A stretch of DNA of 64,000 bases from contig NC_069000.1 in the NCBI RefSeq assembly GCF_001194135.2, positions 23,740,738 through 23,804,737 on the forward strand, written 5' to 3'. A program made the position numbers and the translations under genes. Positions 23,945 to 35,050 of this stretch are shown here, one piece after another. The notes under the pieces are model-generated. The model made no database searches. It was given only the letters and a program-made list of their open reading frames with translations, and was not told where the DNA came from. Numbering within the stretch: the first letter of the stretch is position 1; every line of letters begins with the position of its first letter. This DNA comes from Octopus bimaculoides. Taxonomy: Eukaryota.

Positions 23945-24890
23945 CATCATCATCATTTTAACATCCGCTTTCCATACTGGCATGAGTTGGACACTTTGAC
24001 TACGGTTTGGAGAGCCAGTGGCTGCACCAGGCTCTAATCTGATCTAACAATGTTTCTACAGCTGGATGCCCTTCCTAACACCAACCACTCCGAGAGTGTA
24101 GTGGGTACTTTTTACATACCACTGGCATGGGAACCAGTCAGTGGGTATTAGCATCGGCCACGTTTCGATGGTGCTTTTTACATGCCACTGACACGGGGAC
24201 CAGTCAAGTGGTCCTGGCATCGATCACATTCAGATAGTGCTTTTTACGTGCCACTGGCATGGGAGCCAGTCAGGGGGTACTGGCATCGGCCACGTTTGGA
24301 TGGTGCTTTTTATGTACCACGGGCACGGGAGCCAGTCAGGCAGACCTGGCATCGACCATGTTTGGATGGTGCTTTTTTATATGCCACTGGAACAGGAGCC
24401 AGTCAGGAGACACTGGCCACAGCTACAATTTTGGTTTTGTTTGACTCGACAGGTCTTCTCAAGCATATCATATCACCCAATGCATCAAGGGTACTCTTAA
24501 ATTGGCTGGACGTGCAATCCTGGCATCAGTCATAGATGCGATCTCACTTTAGTTGCCGAGTCTTCTCAATCACAGCATATCTCCAAAGGTGTTGATCTCC
24601 TGTCATTGCCTCTGTGAGACCCAATGTTTGAAGGTCATGCTTCACCACCTCATCCCATGTCTTCCTGGGTCTATTTCTTCCACAGGTTCCTTCCACACTT
24701 AGAGAGTGGCACTTCTTCACACAGCTGTCCTCATACATACGTAACACATGACCATACCAGCGCAGTCGTCTCTCTTGCACACCACATTTGATGCTTCTTA
24801 TGTCCAACTTTTCTTTCAGGGTGCTTACACTCTGTTGTGTATGAACGCTGACATTACACATCCAGCAGATCATACTAGCTTCATTTCTAA
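23945..24890 (-). mobile_element. RTE LINE (main family), 3' fragment with 66-bp tandem array in the 3' UTR
   Basis: NEASMICWMCNVSVHTQQSVSTLKEKLDIRSIKCGVQERRLRWYGHV..RPRKTWDEVV. (GAT)n tail at about 23945. Confidence 0.92.
24109..24420. repeat. Tandem array of about 4.7 x 66-bp units within the RTE 3' UTR
   Basis: T-run unit starts at 24109, 24175, 24241, 24307 and 24373, an exact 66-nt period. Confidence 0.92.
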
Positions 24891-26031
24891 TATGATCTGC
24901 TGGATGTGTAATGTCAGTGTGCATACACGACAGAGTGTAAGCGCCCTGAGAAAAAAGTTGGACATTTTTATCAATTTCAGAAGGATAAAAAATTTCAGCA
25001 AAGTTTGAATTGAGAAGGGGATATAACAAAATACTGCAATGTATTTTTCCGCCAATGTATTACTTCAACAATAATTTATTTGCACAAATGTGATGGATCA
25101 GATATTACAAGGTTAAACAACAATAAATGGTAGAATTTACTCAGTATCAATTATGAAAAAAAAATTGGGCATCATATAAAAAAGGAATAAAATGTATTAG
25201 CAGGGAAACCCTAAAGGTCCAGGATTGCTTTAACTACCAGAGGTAAATGTAGACTATCCAGCATACAAGTATAAGCTGAAAGTAGGCTTGTTCATCCAGA
25301 CTGTTCTTGCCATTCTTGCTTTTCAGCAACTTAACTGGAGGGCAGCACCTTCCTCACTCTCCTCTCCAAGTGGAAATTGAGGGTTTGTTTGAAGAGGAAA
25401 ATGTGTGTTCAGTCCTTTAAATTTTGTCCATCATACAAACTCATTCACCAATGTTACCAGAGTAGAACTGCTTCTCTACACATTTAAAGCAAGGCAGTAA
25501 GGTATAACCCCAAGTCAGCAGGCACAGCTTATGACATTTTCATGCATATAGAGTTTATCCTATACTAACAATCTCCAGTCATACTACCAGGGATTACTGG
25601 AAATTACCCTTGATCCTCAGGTTGAAAATCCTCCAACATACGCTGTTCAGATGCTTTCTGATGTCATGGAGTTCTTCAAGAACATCATCAATCATGCCCA
25701 TCATTAACACTCCATAGAATGCAAGAGTTGCTGTACCACTGGTCGTATTACCTGATTGGTTGAAAACTAACCACAATTCTGATGCAAGGTGCTTAAACTC
25801 AAAAGATACACAAATGGCAACCACACCTGTTTGTCATCCAGGAATCTCTACAAATGCTGCTCCCTCACAACATCACCTATAGCATATCGAGTTCTTTGCA
25901 AGGAGGGTGTTGGTATCATATGTTAACATCCTCCACACTAGTGGAATGCATCTTTTCCTCAAAGAGTGAAAGAGCAAACACTCCAGTCTGATCAGATACA
26001 AACTGATGAATGTTTAGACATCACACACAGC

Positions 26032-26489
26032 ATCTTTCAGAGCTTGTTGCTGATTCAGTTCTTAACTAAATTGAAAACTGTTCACATTTTTGAAGAGGAC
26101 TGGTCCCTAGCTACATTTTGGCATAAAAAATTGAGATTTGATCCAGTAGAAAAAAGTTTACATTAACATTTGTAGCAACGTTATAGGAGAGTAAGTAACA
26201 CCACCAATTAAGTTTAGATCTAAATAACTTTTTTATTTTAAAAGCAAAATATATTTATCTTAGCTTCAATGATAGAAGAAAGCATAAAGAATTTCATAGT
26301 TTTGTTCCCATGCAACAAAACTTTGTATCAAAAAAGTTGTGAGGTAAAATATCATGATATAAACTTTTTTCTACTGGATCAAATCTCAATTTTTTAATGC
26401 CAAAATATAGCCAGGGGCCAGTCCTCTTCAAAAATGTTAACAGTTTTCAATTTAGTTAAGAACTGAATTAGCGACAAGATCTGAAAGAT
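26032..26489. repeat. Inverted repeat: about 130-bp arms (26032-26160, 26360-26489), 199-bp spacer
   Basis: Manual alignment gives about 8 substitutions and 1 indel. Confidence 0.9.
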
Positions 26490-26534
26490 TAATATATACA
26501 TTTTATTTATATATTATATATATATATATAAGCA

Positions 26535-26596
26535 CAGGCATGCCTGTGTGGTAAGAAAAGCTTGCTTCCCAACAACATGGTGCAAGGTTCAGTCCC
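26535..26596 (+). mobile_element. SINE family A head (body lost in gap)
   Basis: gcctgtgtggtaagaaaagcttgcttcccaac..ggttcagtccc. Confidence 0.7.
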
Positions 26597-26678
26597 NNNN
26601 NNNNNNNNNNNNNNNNNNNNNNNNNNNNNNNNNNNNNNNNNNNNNNNNNNNNNNNNNNNNNNNNNNNNNNNNNNNNNN

Positions 26679-26724
<46 letters not shown>

Positions 26725-26730
<6 letters not shown>

Positions 26731-28506
26731 GGGGATGAGATGAGCTGGAAGGAAAGGGCTGTGACATCAACAGTCAAGGGGCTTGACCAGAAGAGGATAG
26801 GTGAGGGAAGGAAGACCAGGGTCATCTTCTTTTGCCTTGGATGCTCACAACAAACTGAGGTGAGGTGAGCGAGTTGATAGGGATGGTACTAGCAACTGAT
26901 ATTGTTAGGTGTGCAGGTTGGGCATGAGTTTTGGATTGAGTACCACTGGACAACAAAAAATGAGAAGGTAGGCAAATTGTTTCTTATTTGTCAGCATTAC
27001 AGTTCCCTCATACAACAAGCTATTTCAGCAATTGTGTAAAAGTATATTTCTCTGTTGTTGTTATCCCTGTTCACGTGATGACAGCAAAGATAAGGATCAG
27101 CAGCGATGCCGTCAGACCTTTCTATGGCGAAGGAGATGTACTGGCCTAGATCCGTAAGATCAAAGTAGTGGCCAGGCTGCAAGGCATTGATGATGTAGCA
27201 GCTCTCACGACCCTGTACTTGGAGGGAAGCACACTGACACTGTACCTTGAGATGGACAAGGAAGACCAACCGAGCACGATGAAGACTGAGCAGTGCTTGA
27301 GGGAAGCTTATGCGGAGGGGATGTACAACATGTTTGCTAGGCTGGGAAAAGTCAGGTGGACAGGGGAACAGGTCGATTAGTATGCTATAGCAGCTTGGAG
27401 ACTGGCCATACTGTCTGGTTTTACCAGAGAGAATCTAGAGAAGGCGGTACAACTGGCCTTCATAAATGGCTTTTCCAATGATATATTGGTGCAACTGCAA
27501 CAACTGCCAGGCAGCGAAAAAATGGCAATGAGCAAGCTCATCTTCCAAGCCTGCATGTTGACACAAAACACTGGGTGGACCAATAAAGAATGGGGAGAAG
27601 AAAACTGTCATGGAGCGACAGCATCTGTTCAAGGGCCAGTGCTTTAAGTGCCAGGGGCTGCACATGGTGAAGGACTGTGTGGAGATGAAGCCCAGATGCA
27701 TTTGCTACTGGTGCAGGCAGACTGGGCATATCACTTGAAATTGCAGCCAGGGAAAAGGCCATGGAGAAGTTGCTGTCTCTCAAACTTCCCATGTTAGTGA
27801 GTAGAGGTGCTCATGCAGTTGCTGCCCGTTGTGGAAGTCTCGGTTGGGAAAAAAGCATTCAGAGTCTGTGTAGATACGGGCTGTATGACATCTCATGTGA
27901 CAAAAAAATGGAAGGGAACGAGTAATGTTTGGGCAGTCGACAGGGTAGCTGCAACGTGGAGATAGCGGTGTGAGGCACAACACTGAAGCAGCGGGCGATT
28001 GTGATTGACCATATGGTAGATGGGGTTGACATGGTGATAGGGATGGATGCAATCAACCACCCTGGAGGTGTCGGTGTTGGTGGAGACGTGGTTTCATTTG
28101 GTGGTGCAGGGGCGTCATGTGCCGTGAGTCTACAACATAAGAGGGAGCAGAGCCCCGTGAGGGACTGTACTGCTTATACCATTGTGAACAAAAATTTTGG
28201 GGTGGTGTTTGATGGTCAGTATGGATGGTAGAGTGGCACTGGAAAGGGAAGCCACAGATACTGAAGAACAGGCTGAGCTGCTACCAGCATACCTTGAAGA
28301 GACATGCCAGGAGTGAGTTTGAAGGAGAAGTACAGAGGTGGATTAAGGAAGGTGTCCTTATCTCGTGGAAGGAGGAGGTGGTGAGTGGAGTGCTACCACT
28401 AATGGTAGTGGTGCAGCCAACAAAGGGCAAAGTCAGGCTGGCACTGGACTTTCAGGAGATGAATGGCCATGTATTGTGCCACACAGGTGGTGAGGCAACT
28501 GATGTG
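26725..28506 (+). mobile_element. Gypsy LTR retrotransposon, 5' portion: putative LTR, gag with two zinc knuckles, protease, RT N-terminus; decayed
   Basis: Starts TG directly after (TA)n. gag from 27078 (MTAKIRISSDAVRPFYGEGD..). CFKCQGLHMVKDC (27640) and CYWCRQTGHIT*NC (27703). Protease DTG at 27873. RT start EVQRWIKEG..LPLMVVVQPTKGKVRLALDFQEMN. Confidence 0.9.
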
Positions 28507-28574
28507 ACTAATTGGATAATTCCCTACTTTACTCTTCCTTATAACATTTTGATGTTCAGTACATCCCAGACATA

Positions 28575-28730
28575 GGAGTGGCTGTGTGGTAAGTAGCTTG
28601 CTTACGAACCACATGGTTCTGGGTTCAGTCCCACTGCATGGCACCTTGGGCAAGTGTCTTCTACTATAGCCTCGGGCCGACCAAAGCCTTCTGAGTGGAT
28701 TTGGTAGACAGAAACTGAAAGAAACCCGTC
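28575..28730 (+). mobile_element. SINE family A head/core, young copy, running into gap
   Basis: About 95% identical by eye to the reverse complement of 34896-35050. Confidence 0.9.
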
Positions 28731-30085
28731 NNNNNNNNNNNNNNNNNNNNNNNNNNNNNNNNNNNNNNNNNNNNNNNNNNNNNNNNNNNNNNNNNNNNNN
28801 NNNNNNNNNNNNNNNNNNNNNNNNNNNNNNNNNNNNNNNNNNNNNNNNNNNNNNNNNNNNNNNNNNNNNNNNNNNNNNNNNNNNNNNNNNNNNNNNNNNN
28901 NNNNNNNNNNNNNNNNNNNNNNNNNNNNNNNNNNNNNNNNNNNNNNNNNNNNNNNNNNNNNNNNNNNNNNNNNNNNNNNNNNNNNNNNNNNNNNNNNNNN
29001 NNNNNNNNNNNNNNNNNNNNNNNNNNNNNNNNNNNNNNNNNNNNNNNNNNNNNNNNNNNNNNNNNNNNNNNNNNNNNNNNNNNNNNNNNNNNNNNNNNNN
29101 NNNNNNNNNNNNNNNNNNNNNNNNNNNNNNNNNNNNNNNNNNNNNNNNNNNNNNNNNNNNNNNNNNNNNNNNNNNNNNNNNNNNNNNNNNNNNNNNNNNN
29201 NNNNNNNNNNNNNNNNNNNNNNNNNNNNNNNNNNNNNNNNNNNNNNNNNNNNNNNNNNNNNNNNNNNNNNNNNNNNNNNNNNNNNNNNNNNNNNNNNNNN
29301 NNNNNNNNNNNNNNNNNNNNNNNNNNNNNNNNNNNNNNNNNNNNNNNNNNNNNNNNNNNNNNNNNNNNNNNNNNNNNNNNNNNNNNNNNNNNNNNNNNNN
29401 NNNNNNNNNNNNNNNNNNNNNNNNNNNNNNNNNNNNNNNNNNNNNNNNNNNNNNNNNNNNNNNNNNNNNNNNNNNNNNNNNNNNNNNNNNNNNNNNNNNN
29501 NNNNNNNNNNNNNNNNNNNNNNNNNNNNNNNNNNNNNNNNNNNNNNNNNNNNNNNNNNNNNNNNNNNNNNNNNNNNNNNNNNNNNNNNNNNNNNNNNNNN
29601 NNNNNNNNNNNNNGAATCGACAGGCCAGCAACAGGCATGCAGGCAGCCAGACAGATACTTCACTAGCAGTGAGCACTTTCACTTCTGACAGCTAATAGCA
29701 TGATAGTGCCTAAAAATGAGTGAATAATTTACCCTAATTGACACAAACGAATTTCGAAATTTAAGTGCAGACTAGAATATCCGAAGCTCAATACTTTTCC
29801 CAAATCTACTGATGTATGCACACATAATAGACACCGTTTCACGTTTAACAAGGGAGATAACCAGGCAACCATTCGTCACCGCATGTGGCAGCAAAAATCA
29901 GAGAAAACGTCAAGGTCGACGCTGTTTGTATTGTGTCTCTTAATACTTTACACATTTTGAGTGTAACTAGTTAAAACATTTTTATAGTCAGACTACAGTG
30001 TACGGATTTGTGAATCAACTTTAACTTAAATACAAGAAGAAAAAAACAACACACACATTCACATAAAAAAGGAAAGAGAATAGCC

Positions 30086-30379
30086 ATGCAAACGACTGCA
30101 GCCACCGGTGGCCCTGAAATGGCTGATACAGAGACGATGATGAAACAATTTCGTGAGTTTTTATCTTCATACAACAAACTCTCATCCATGTGCTTTATAG
30201 ACTGTGTGAATGACTTCACCACTCGCCAAGTGTTGGATAAGGAAAGCTCTTGTGCCATAAATTGTATGGAGAAATACTTAAAGATGACACAACGAATTAC
30301 TCAGCGTTTTCAGGAATACCAGCTTCTACAGCAAGGCAACACTGGACCTTCTATCCGGGACCTTACATCGCCGAAGTGA
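30086..30379 (+). CDS. TIMM9: Mitochondrial intermembrane-space small Tim chaperone Tim9, intronless, 97 aa
   Basis: KQFREFLSSYNKLSSMCFIDCVNDFTTR...SCAINCMEKYLKMTQRITQRFQEYQ. Twin CX3C motif plus Tim9-type QF.EFL..YNKL and KYLKMTQRI..RFQEY segments. ORF intact. Alternative start at 30119. Confidence 0.92.
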   Translation: MQTTAATGGPEMADTETMMKQFREFLSSYNKLSSMCFIDCVNDFTTRQVLDKESSCAINCMEKYLKMTQRITQRFQEYQLLQQGNTGPSIRDLTSPK

Positions 30380-30803
30380 GACAGAGTGATCGGGATAATA
30401 TGTTCTGATTTTTGAATGCTTTTTGTCTGTGCAGGAATTCGTGTGCTGTGGAGGTTTCTCCCCTGTTGAGACACAAGTTTATATATGACATTCTTGCCGT
30501 TTTTAATGGTAACAGCAACATAACATGAAACCAGTGGAAACATAACCACGGCATCTGCGCGTACACATCAACATTCACATATATACCCACAGATAAAGCA
30601 ACGTCTTCAAAGTTTTCTTCAGTAGAGACTTTCTTTGAAATCTATTCCAATTTCATGTGATATAGTTCCCTGATTTCTACATTTTTGTTTATTGTTTTGA
30701 TAAAATGAGAGAAGAGACGTAATTAAAATGTTATCATTTGATAAGGTGTAATTAATTTTGTAAACCAGAATTAGTGGAGAAAAATTGTATTTTAGAGGAA
30801 TAT

Positions 30804-31556
30804 GGGGCGGAGTTAAAGGACATGGACCGCACCTCCCTTTCAGTTATTTGTTATTTTATTTTTTCCTACAGAAACCCATCTTTTCGACTGCGGAGATTCC
30901 GAATCAGCTAAAAAGATCGGCATTTCAAAATTTTAATTCCCATTCCCCAGTTTTTCACTTTTTTTNNNNNNNNNNNNNNNNNNNNNNNNNNNNNNNNNNN
31001 NNNNNNNNNNNNNNNNNNNNNNNNNNNNNNNNNNNNNNNNNNNNNNNNNNNNNNNNNNNNNNNNNNNNNNNNNNNNNNNNNNNNNNNNNNNNNNNNNNNN
31101 NNNNNNNNNNNNNNNNNNNNNNNNNNNNNNNNNNNNNNNNNNNNNNNNNNNNNNNNNNNNNNNNNNNNNNNNNNNNNNNNNNNNNNNNNNNNNNNNNNNN
31201 NNNNNNNNNNNNNNNNNNNNNNNNNNNNNNNNNNNNNNNNNNNNNNNNNNNNNNNNNNNNNNNNNNNNNNNNNNNNNNNNNNNNNNNNNNNNNNNNNNNN
31301 NNNNNNNNNNNNNNNNNNNNNNNNNNNNNNNNNNNNNNNNNNNNNNNNNNNNNNNNNNNNNNNNNNNNNNNNNNNNNNNNNNNNNNNNNNNNNNNNNNNN
31401 NNNNNNNNNNNNNNNNNNNNNNNNNNNNNNNNNNNNNNNNNNNNNNNNNNTTTTTTTTTGCAGATTCGGAATCTCTGCAGTCGAAAAGGTGGGTTTCTGT
31501 AGGAAACAAAACAAAAAAGAAACCGAAGGGGTGGCGTCCATGTCCTTTCCCTCCGC
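30804..31556. mobile_element. Fold-back / long-TIR element, copy 2, centre in gap
   Basis: Same arm sequence as 4091-5125, inverted across the gap. GAATAT at 30798-30803 and 31558-31563 is a possible TSD. Confidence 0.85.
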
Positions 31557-32323
31557 TGAATATAGATCTTGAGTAACAATCAAATAAAAATCATTTGTGG
31601 ACTAGTTTGAATTTATTTCGCCTAAACATTAATTGTCTACTGAATTACATTAGGTAAGTTTTTTGTAAGAAAAGCACTCTTCACATACAAATGATGTAGG
31701 ACTAATTAACGAAATATGCATTATAGTATTTGAATGCCTTCGGCTCTGTAGAACTACGACCGATCAGTACAAGATTTCCGAACAGCAAATCCAGCAATAT
31801 CCTTCGATAGTATATTTTTAATTCAAGAATAAATGACAGTTGTTCATTGCAACAGATCCACCGATCTTGTGGACTTCCTCTTCTTGTAACCACTCCAGTA
31901 CCACTTACAAGTATACCAGCCGTCTTCGCAACCAGTATATTTATCTAAACTTACATTAAATAACAGTAATTTGATAAATTTGAAGGTCACGTTGCACGTG
32001 CTTTAAAATGAAATTATTTTTGTTTATTTTGAAGACTTCGTTATTTAAACAATAATTTAAAAGTTGTTCCGATGCTTCAATATTTCGAATATAATTGCGC
32101 CGCTGTTTTTCTCTATCAACAATACACACAATGAATTACATTTAAAATTTTATAGCAGACTTTCGGATCAGGATGCCCACATTAAGTTGGATTTTCTCCG
32201 TTTTTACGGGGATTTTCCCAAAATTCCTACTAACTCTCGTATATAAAATTAGCTTTTGTCCCATTTTACCATTTCTCCTCTGTTAATGTTTTTTGTATCA
32301 AGGTGAATTAAAAGTTGGTGGAC

Positions 32324-33287
32324 ATTGGAATAAGACACTGAGGGAAAATGGCTGTAACTTTTTTATTTTTTAATTTTGACGATTTTCGTTTTCGATAATG
32401 TGTTCTATATGTCACGGTCATGCGATTCCCCCTAAAAAAAAAATTTTGGACCCCCTTCCCCCCACANNNNNNNNNNNNNNNNNNNNNNNNNNNNNNNNNN
32501 NNNNNNNNNNNNNNNNNNNNNNNNNNNNNNNNNNNNNNNNNNNNNNNNNNNNNNNNNNNNNNNNNNNNNNNNNNNNNNNNNNNNNNNNNNNNNNNNNNNN
32601 NNNNNNNNNNNNNNNNNNNNNNNNNNNNNNNNNNNNNNNNNNNNNNNNNNNNNNNNNNNNNNNNNNNNNNNNNNNNNNNNNNNNNNNNNNNNNNNNNNNN
32701 NNNNNNNNNNNNNNNNNNNNNNNNNNNNNNNNNNNNNNNNNNNNNNNNNNNNNNNNNNNNNNNNNNNNNNNNNNNNNNNNNNNNNNNNNNNNNNNNNNNN
32801 NNNNNNNNNNNNNNNNNNNNNNNNNNNNNNNNNNNNNNNNNNNNNNNNNNNNNNNNNNNNNNNNNNNNNNNNNNNNNNNNNNNNNNNNNNNNNNNNNNNN
32901 NNNNNNNNNNNNNNNNNNNNNNNNNNNNNNNNNNNNNNNNNNNNNNNNNNNNNNNNNNNNNNNNNNNNNNNNNNNNNNNNNNNNNNNNNNNNNNNNNNNN
33001 NNNNNNNNNNNNNNNNNNNNNNNNNNNNNNNNNNNNNNNNNNNNNNNNNNNNNNNNNNNNNNNNNNNNNNNNNNNNNNNNNNNNNNNNNNNNNNNNNNNN
33101 NNNNNNNNNNNNNNNNNNNNNNNNNNNNNNNNNNNNNNNTATCAAGTGTGGGAAGGGGGGGGTCCAAAATTTTTTTAAGGGGGAATCGTACGACCGTGAC
33201 ATATAGAACACATTATCGAAAACGAAAATCGCCAAAATTAAAAAATAAAAAAGTTACAGCCATTTCCCCTCACTGTCTAATTCCAAT
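32324..33287. repeat. Second fold-back family: arms of at least 140 bp inverted across a gap
   Basis: ATTGGAATAAGACACTGAGGGAAAATGGCTGTAAC..GGACCCCCTTCCCCCACA versus its reverse complement at 33147-33287, with scattered substitutions. Confidence 0.88.
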
Positions 33288-33479
33288 AAGTTTGTAGAAC
33301 GAACTTTAGAACACTTCAAATCGTTTTTTTACTATGATATATAAATTAATAATGTCACTCTAATATATTACTTTTTCAATATAACCATACTGGGTAATTG
33401 CTCATTTTAGTTACATAGAAAAAAATAAAATTAAGGGAAGATTAGTACTAAAAGAAGCCGCATTTTATACAGCATAAAG

Positions 33480-33835
33480 ACTGGCGATCGCTGCCAAAAA
33501 GTGAACAAATGTCATGCATATATGAAACAAGCAATTCGTCCGATGTCCCAAACTGTCGTCTCAACTTCCGTTTCACCCGCATCCACATATTTTCCACATT
33601 TTGTGTGTGGACGTCTTGACCGTGAAGATCAAACAAAATGTTGGTGTATAATCACCTCGTGCGTGTAGGCACCACCATTGAGCATACCAATGTTATTATA
33701 TGCTCGCCATCCATCGCTGACTATGTGAGACCCGGGCAAAATCCACCTTTGTATCAGCTCAGTTAAAGTTTCTTCTGTGCGGTCAGGTACTTCGACCAAA
33801 AAGCACTTTCTTGAGGCTCTGTATGCCACTAAATA
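33480..33835 (-). mobile_element. Merlin (ISXO2/IS1595-like) transposase C-terminal fragment
   Basis: RKCFLVEVPDRTEETLTELIQRWILPGSHIVSDGWRAYNNIG..YTHEVIIH..(frameshift)..VHTQNVENMWMRVKRKL matches the Merlin pattern DR...L...I...I.PG..I.SD.W.AY..H..VNH..HTQ.IE..W. Confidence 0.85.
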
Positions 33836-34689
33836 CCCAATGTCCCTTTGCTTCTTTTATTACTTATCTCTCTCTTAATTTTTTATTTAACTAAACTGAA
33901 CAATTATGCCAATCATTTAATTTTCACTACAAAACGTGTTTTTTTTTAAAATTCTATTACCACGAACTTCGTATTTCATTTTCACCGGTTTTAGTCAATT
34001 ATATGAAAAGATCCGATTATATAGACCTATATTATTTATCATAATCGAATTGTTTAGGGTCTGTCATACATGGACTTAACTTGGTACTAAATACAAGTTA
34101 TTTTCGTCATAGTATATTATTTATTGTTAATCATCCATAAATTTACTTCAATTTTGTCTTTTTTTAAAAATATCAATTGCAATATAGTTTCCCAGTTCGC
34201 TGGCATTTTTAAAATTGTAAGATCATTAAAATTTCTCTATTTTTGTTGCTAAACAATGAAATGATCGAGTTTCTCGGGTGTTGTACGTGAAGGAAATATT
34301 TTAATCCATTAATATGATAAATTGTGACAGAAAATGGAAGTTATTTTCCGATTTTCATTTCGGGAATAAACCTTATTTCTGAACTTTGTAACAGCTTTTG
34401 GTAAAGCTTGAATTCTTCACCATATAAGCAAATGTCCAGTCCCTTAATCTTCTAGTCATTGCGCTATCTAACTGTAGAATATTTTAAAAACTCATAAAAA
34501 TATTCGAACTTGCAAAGAACAATTAAATCTACATTTTCTTGGGGAATATGACAACCATTTTTCTGGGTGTTAACTGAAAAGTTTGGTTCATAGTTAACCC
34601 TAATCAATAGACATTCCGATCTTGGGTTTTAATTAGTTCTTCAATTCTTAATGAAGTCTGTTACTCCTCTTTCTTTACTCTTTTACTTA

Positions 34690-35050
34690 TTTCAGTCATT
34701 TGACTGCGGCCATGCTGGAGCACCGCCTTTAGTCGAGCAAATCGACCCCAGGACTTATTCTTTGTAAGCCTAGTACTTATTCTATCGGTCTCTTTGCTGA
34801 ACCACTAGGTTACGGGGGCGTAAACACACCAACATCGGTTGTCAAGCGATGGTGGGGGGACAAACACCGACACACACATATATATACACATATACGACTG
34901 GCTTCTTTCAGTTTCCGTCTACCAAATCTACTCAGAAGGCTTTGGTCGGCCCGAGGCTATAGTAGAAGACACTTGCCCAAGGTGCCACACAGTGGGACTG
35001 AACCCAGAACCATGTGGTTGGTAAGCAAGCTACTTACCACACAGCCACTC
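34690..35050 (-). mobile_element. tRNA-derived SINE family A, full length, with internal microsatellite
   Basis: A/B boxes, CORE-like ACCTTGGGCAAGT, internal (TA/TG)n, tail GGTGCTCCAGCATGGCCGCAGTCAAATGACTGAAA followed by (GAGTAA)-like repeats. Confidence 0.92.

Noticed and set aside
24109-24420. Regularly spaced repeats as a CRISPR-like array
   Set aside because: Whole units are homologous with no unique spacers, there are no cas genes, and the array lies in a eukaryotic LINE UTR.
25200-25950. Coding-like decayed sequence (similar stretches at 35.1-36.1, 39.9-40.5 and 43.3-44.2 kb)
   Set aside because: Stops in all frames and no recognisable family motif, so it cannot be classified by eye.
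31700-31920. Possible Merlin N-terminal remnant (DGWYTCK..KKRKSTRS)
   Set aside because: The similarity is weak, and its position downstream of the C-terminal fragment on the same strand is inconsistent with one element.
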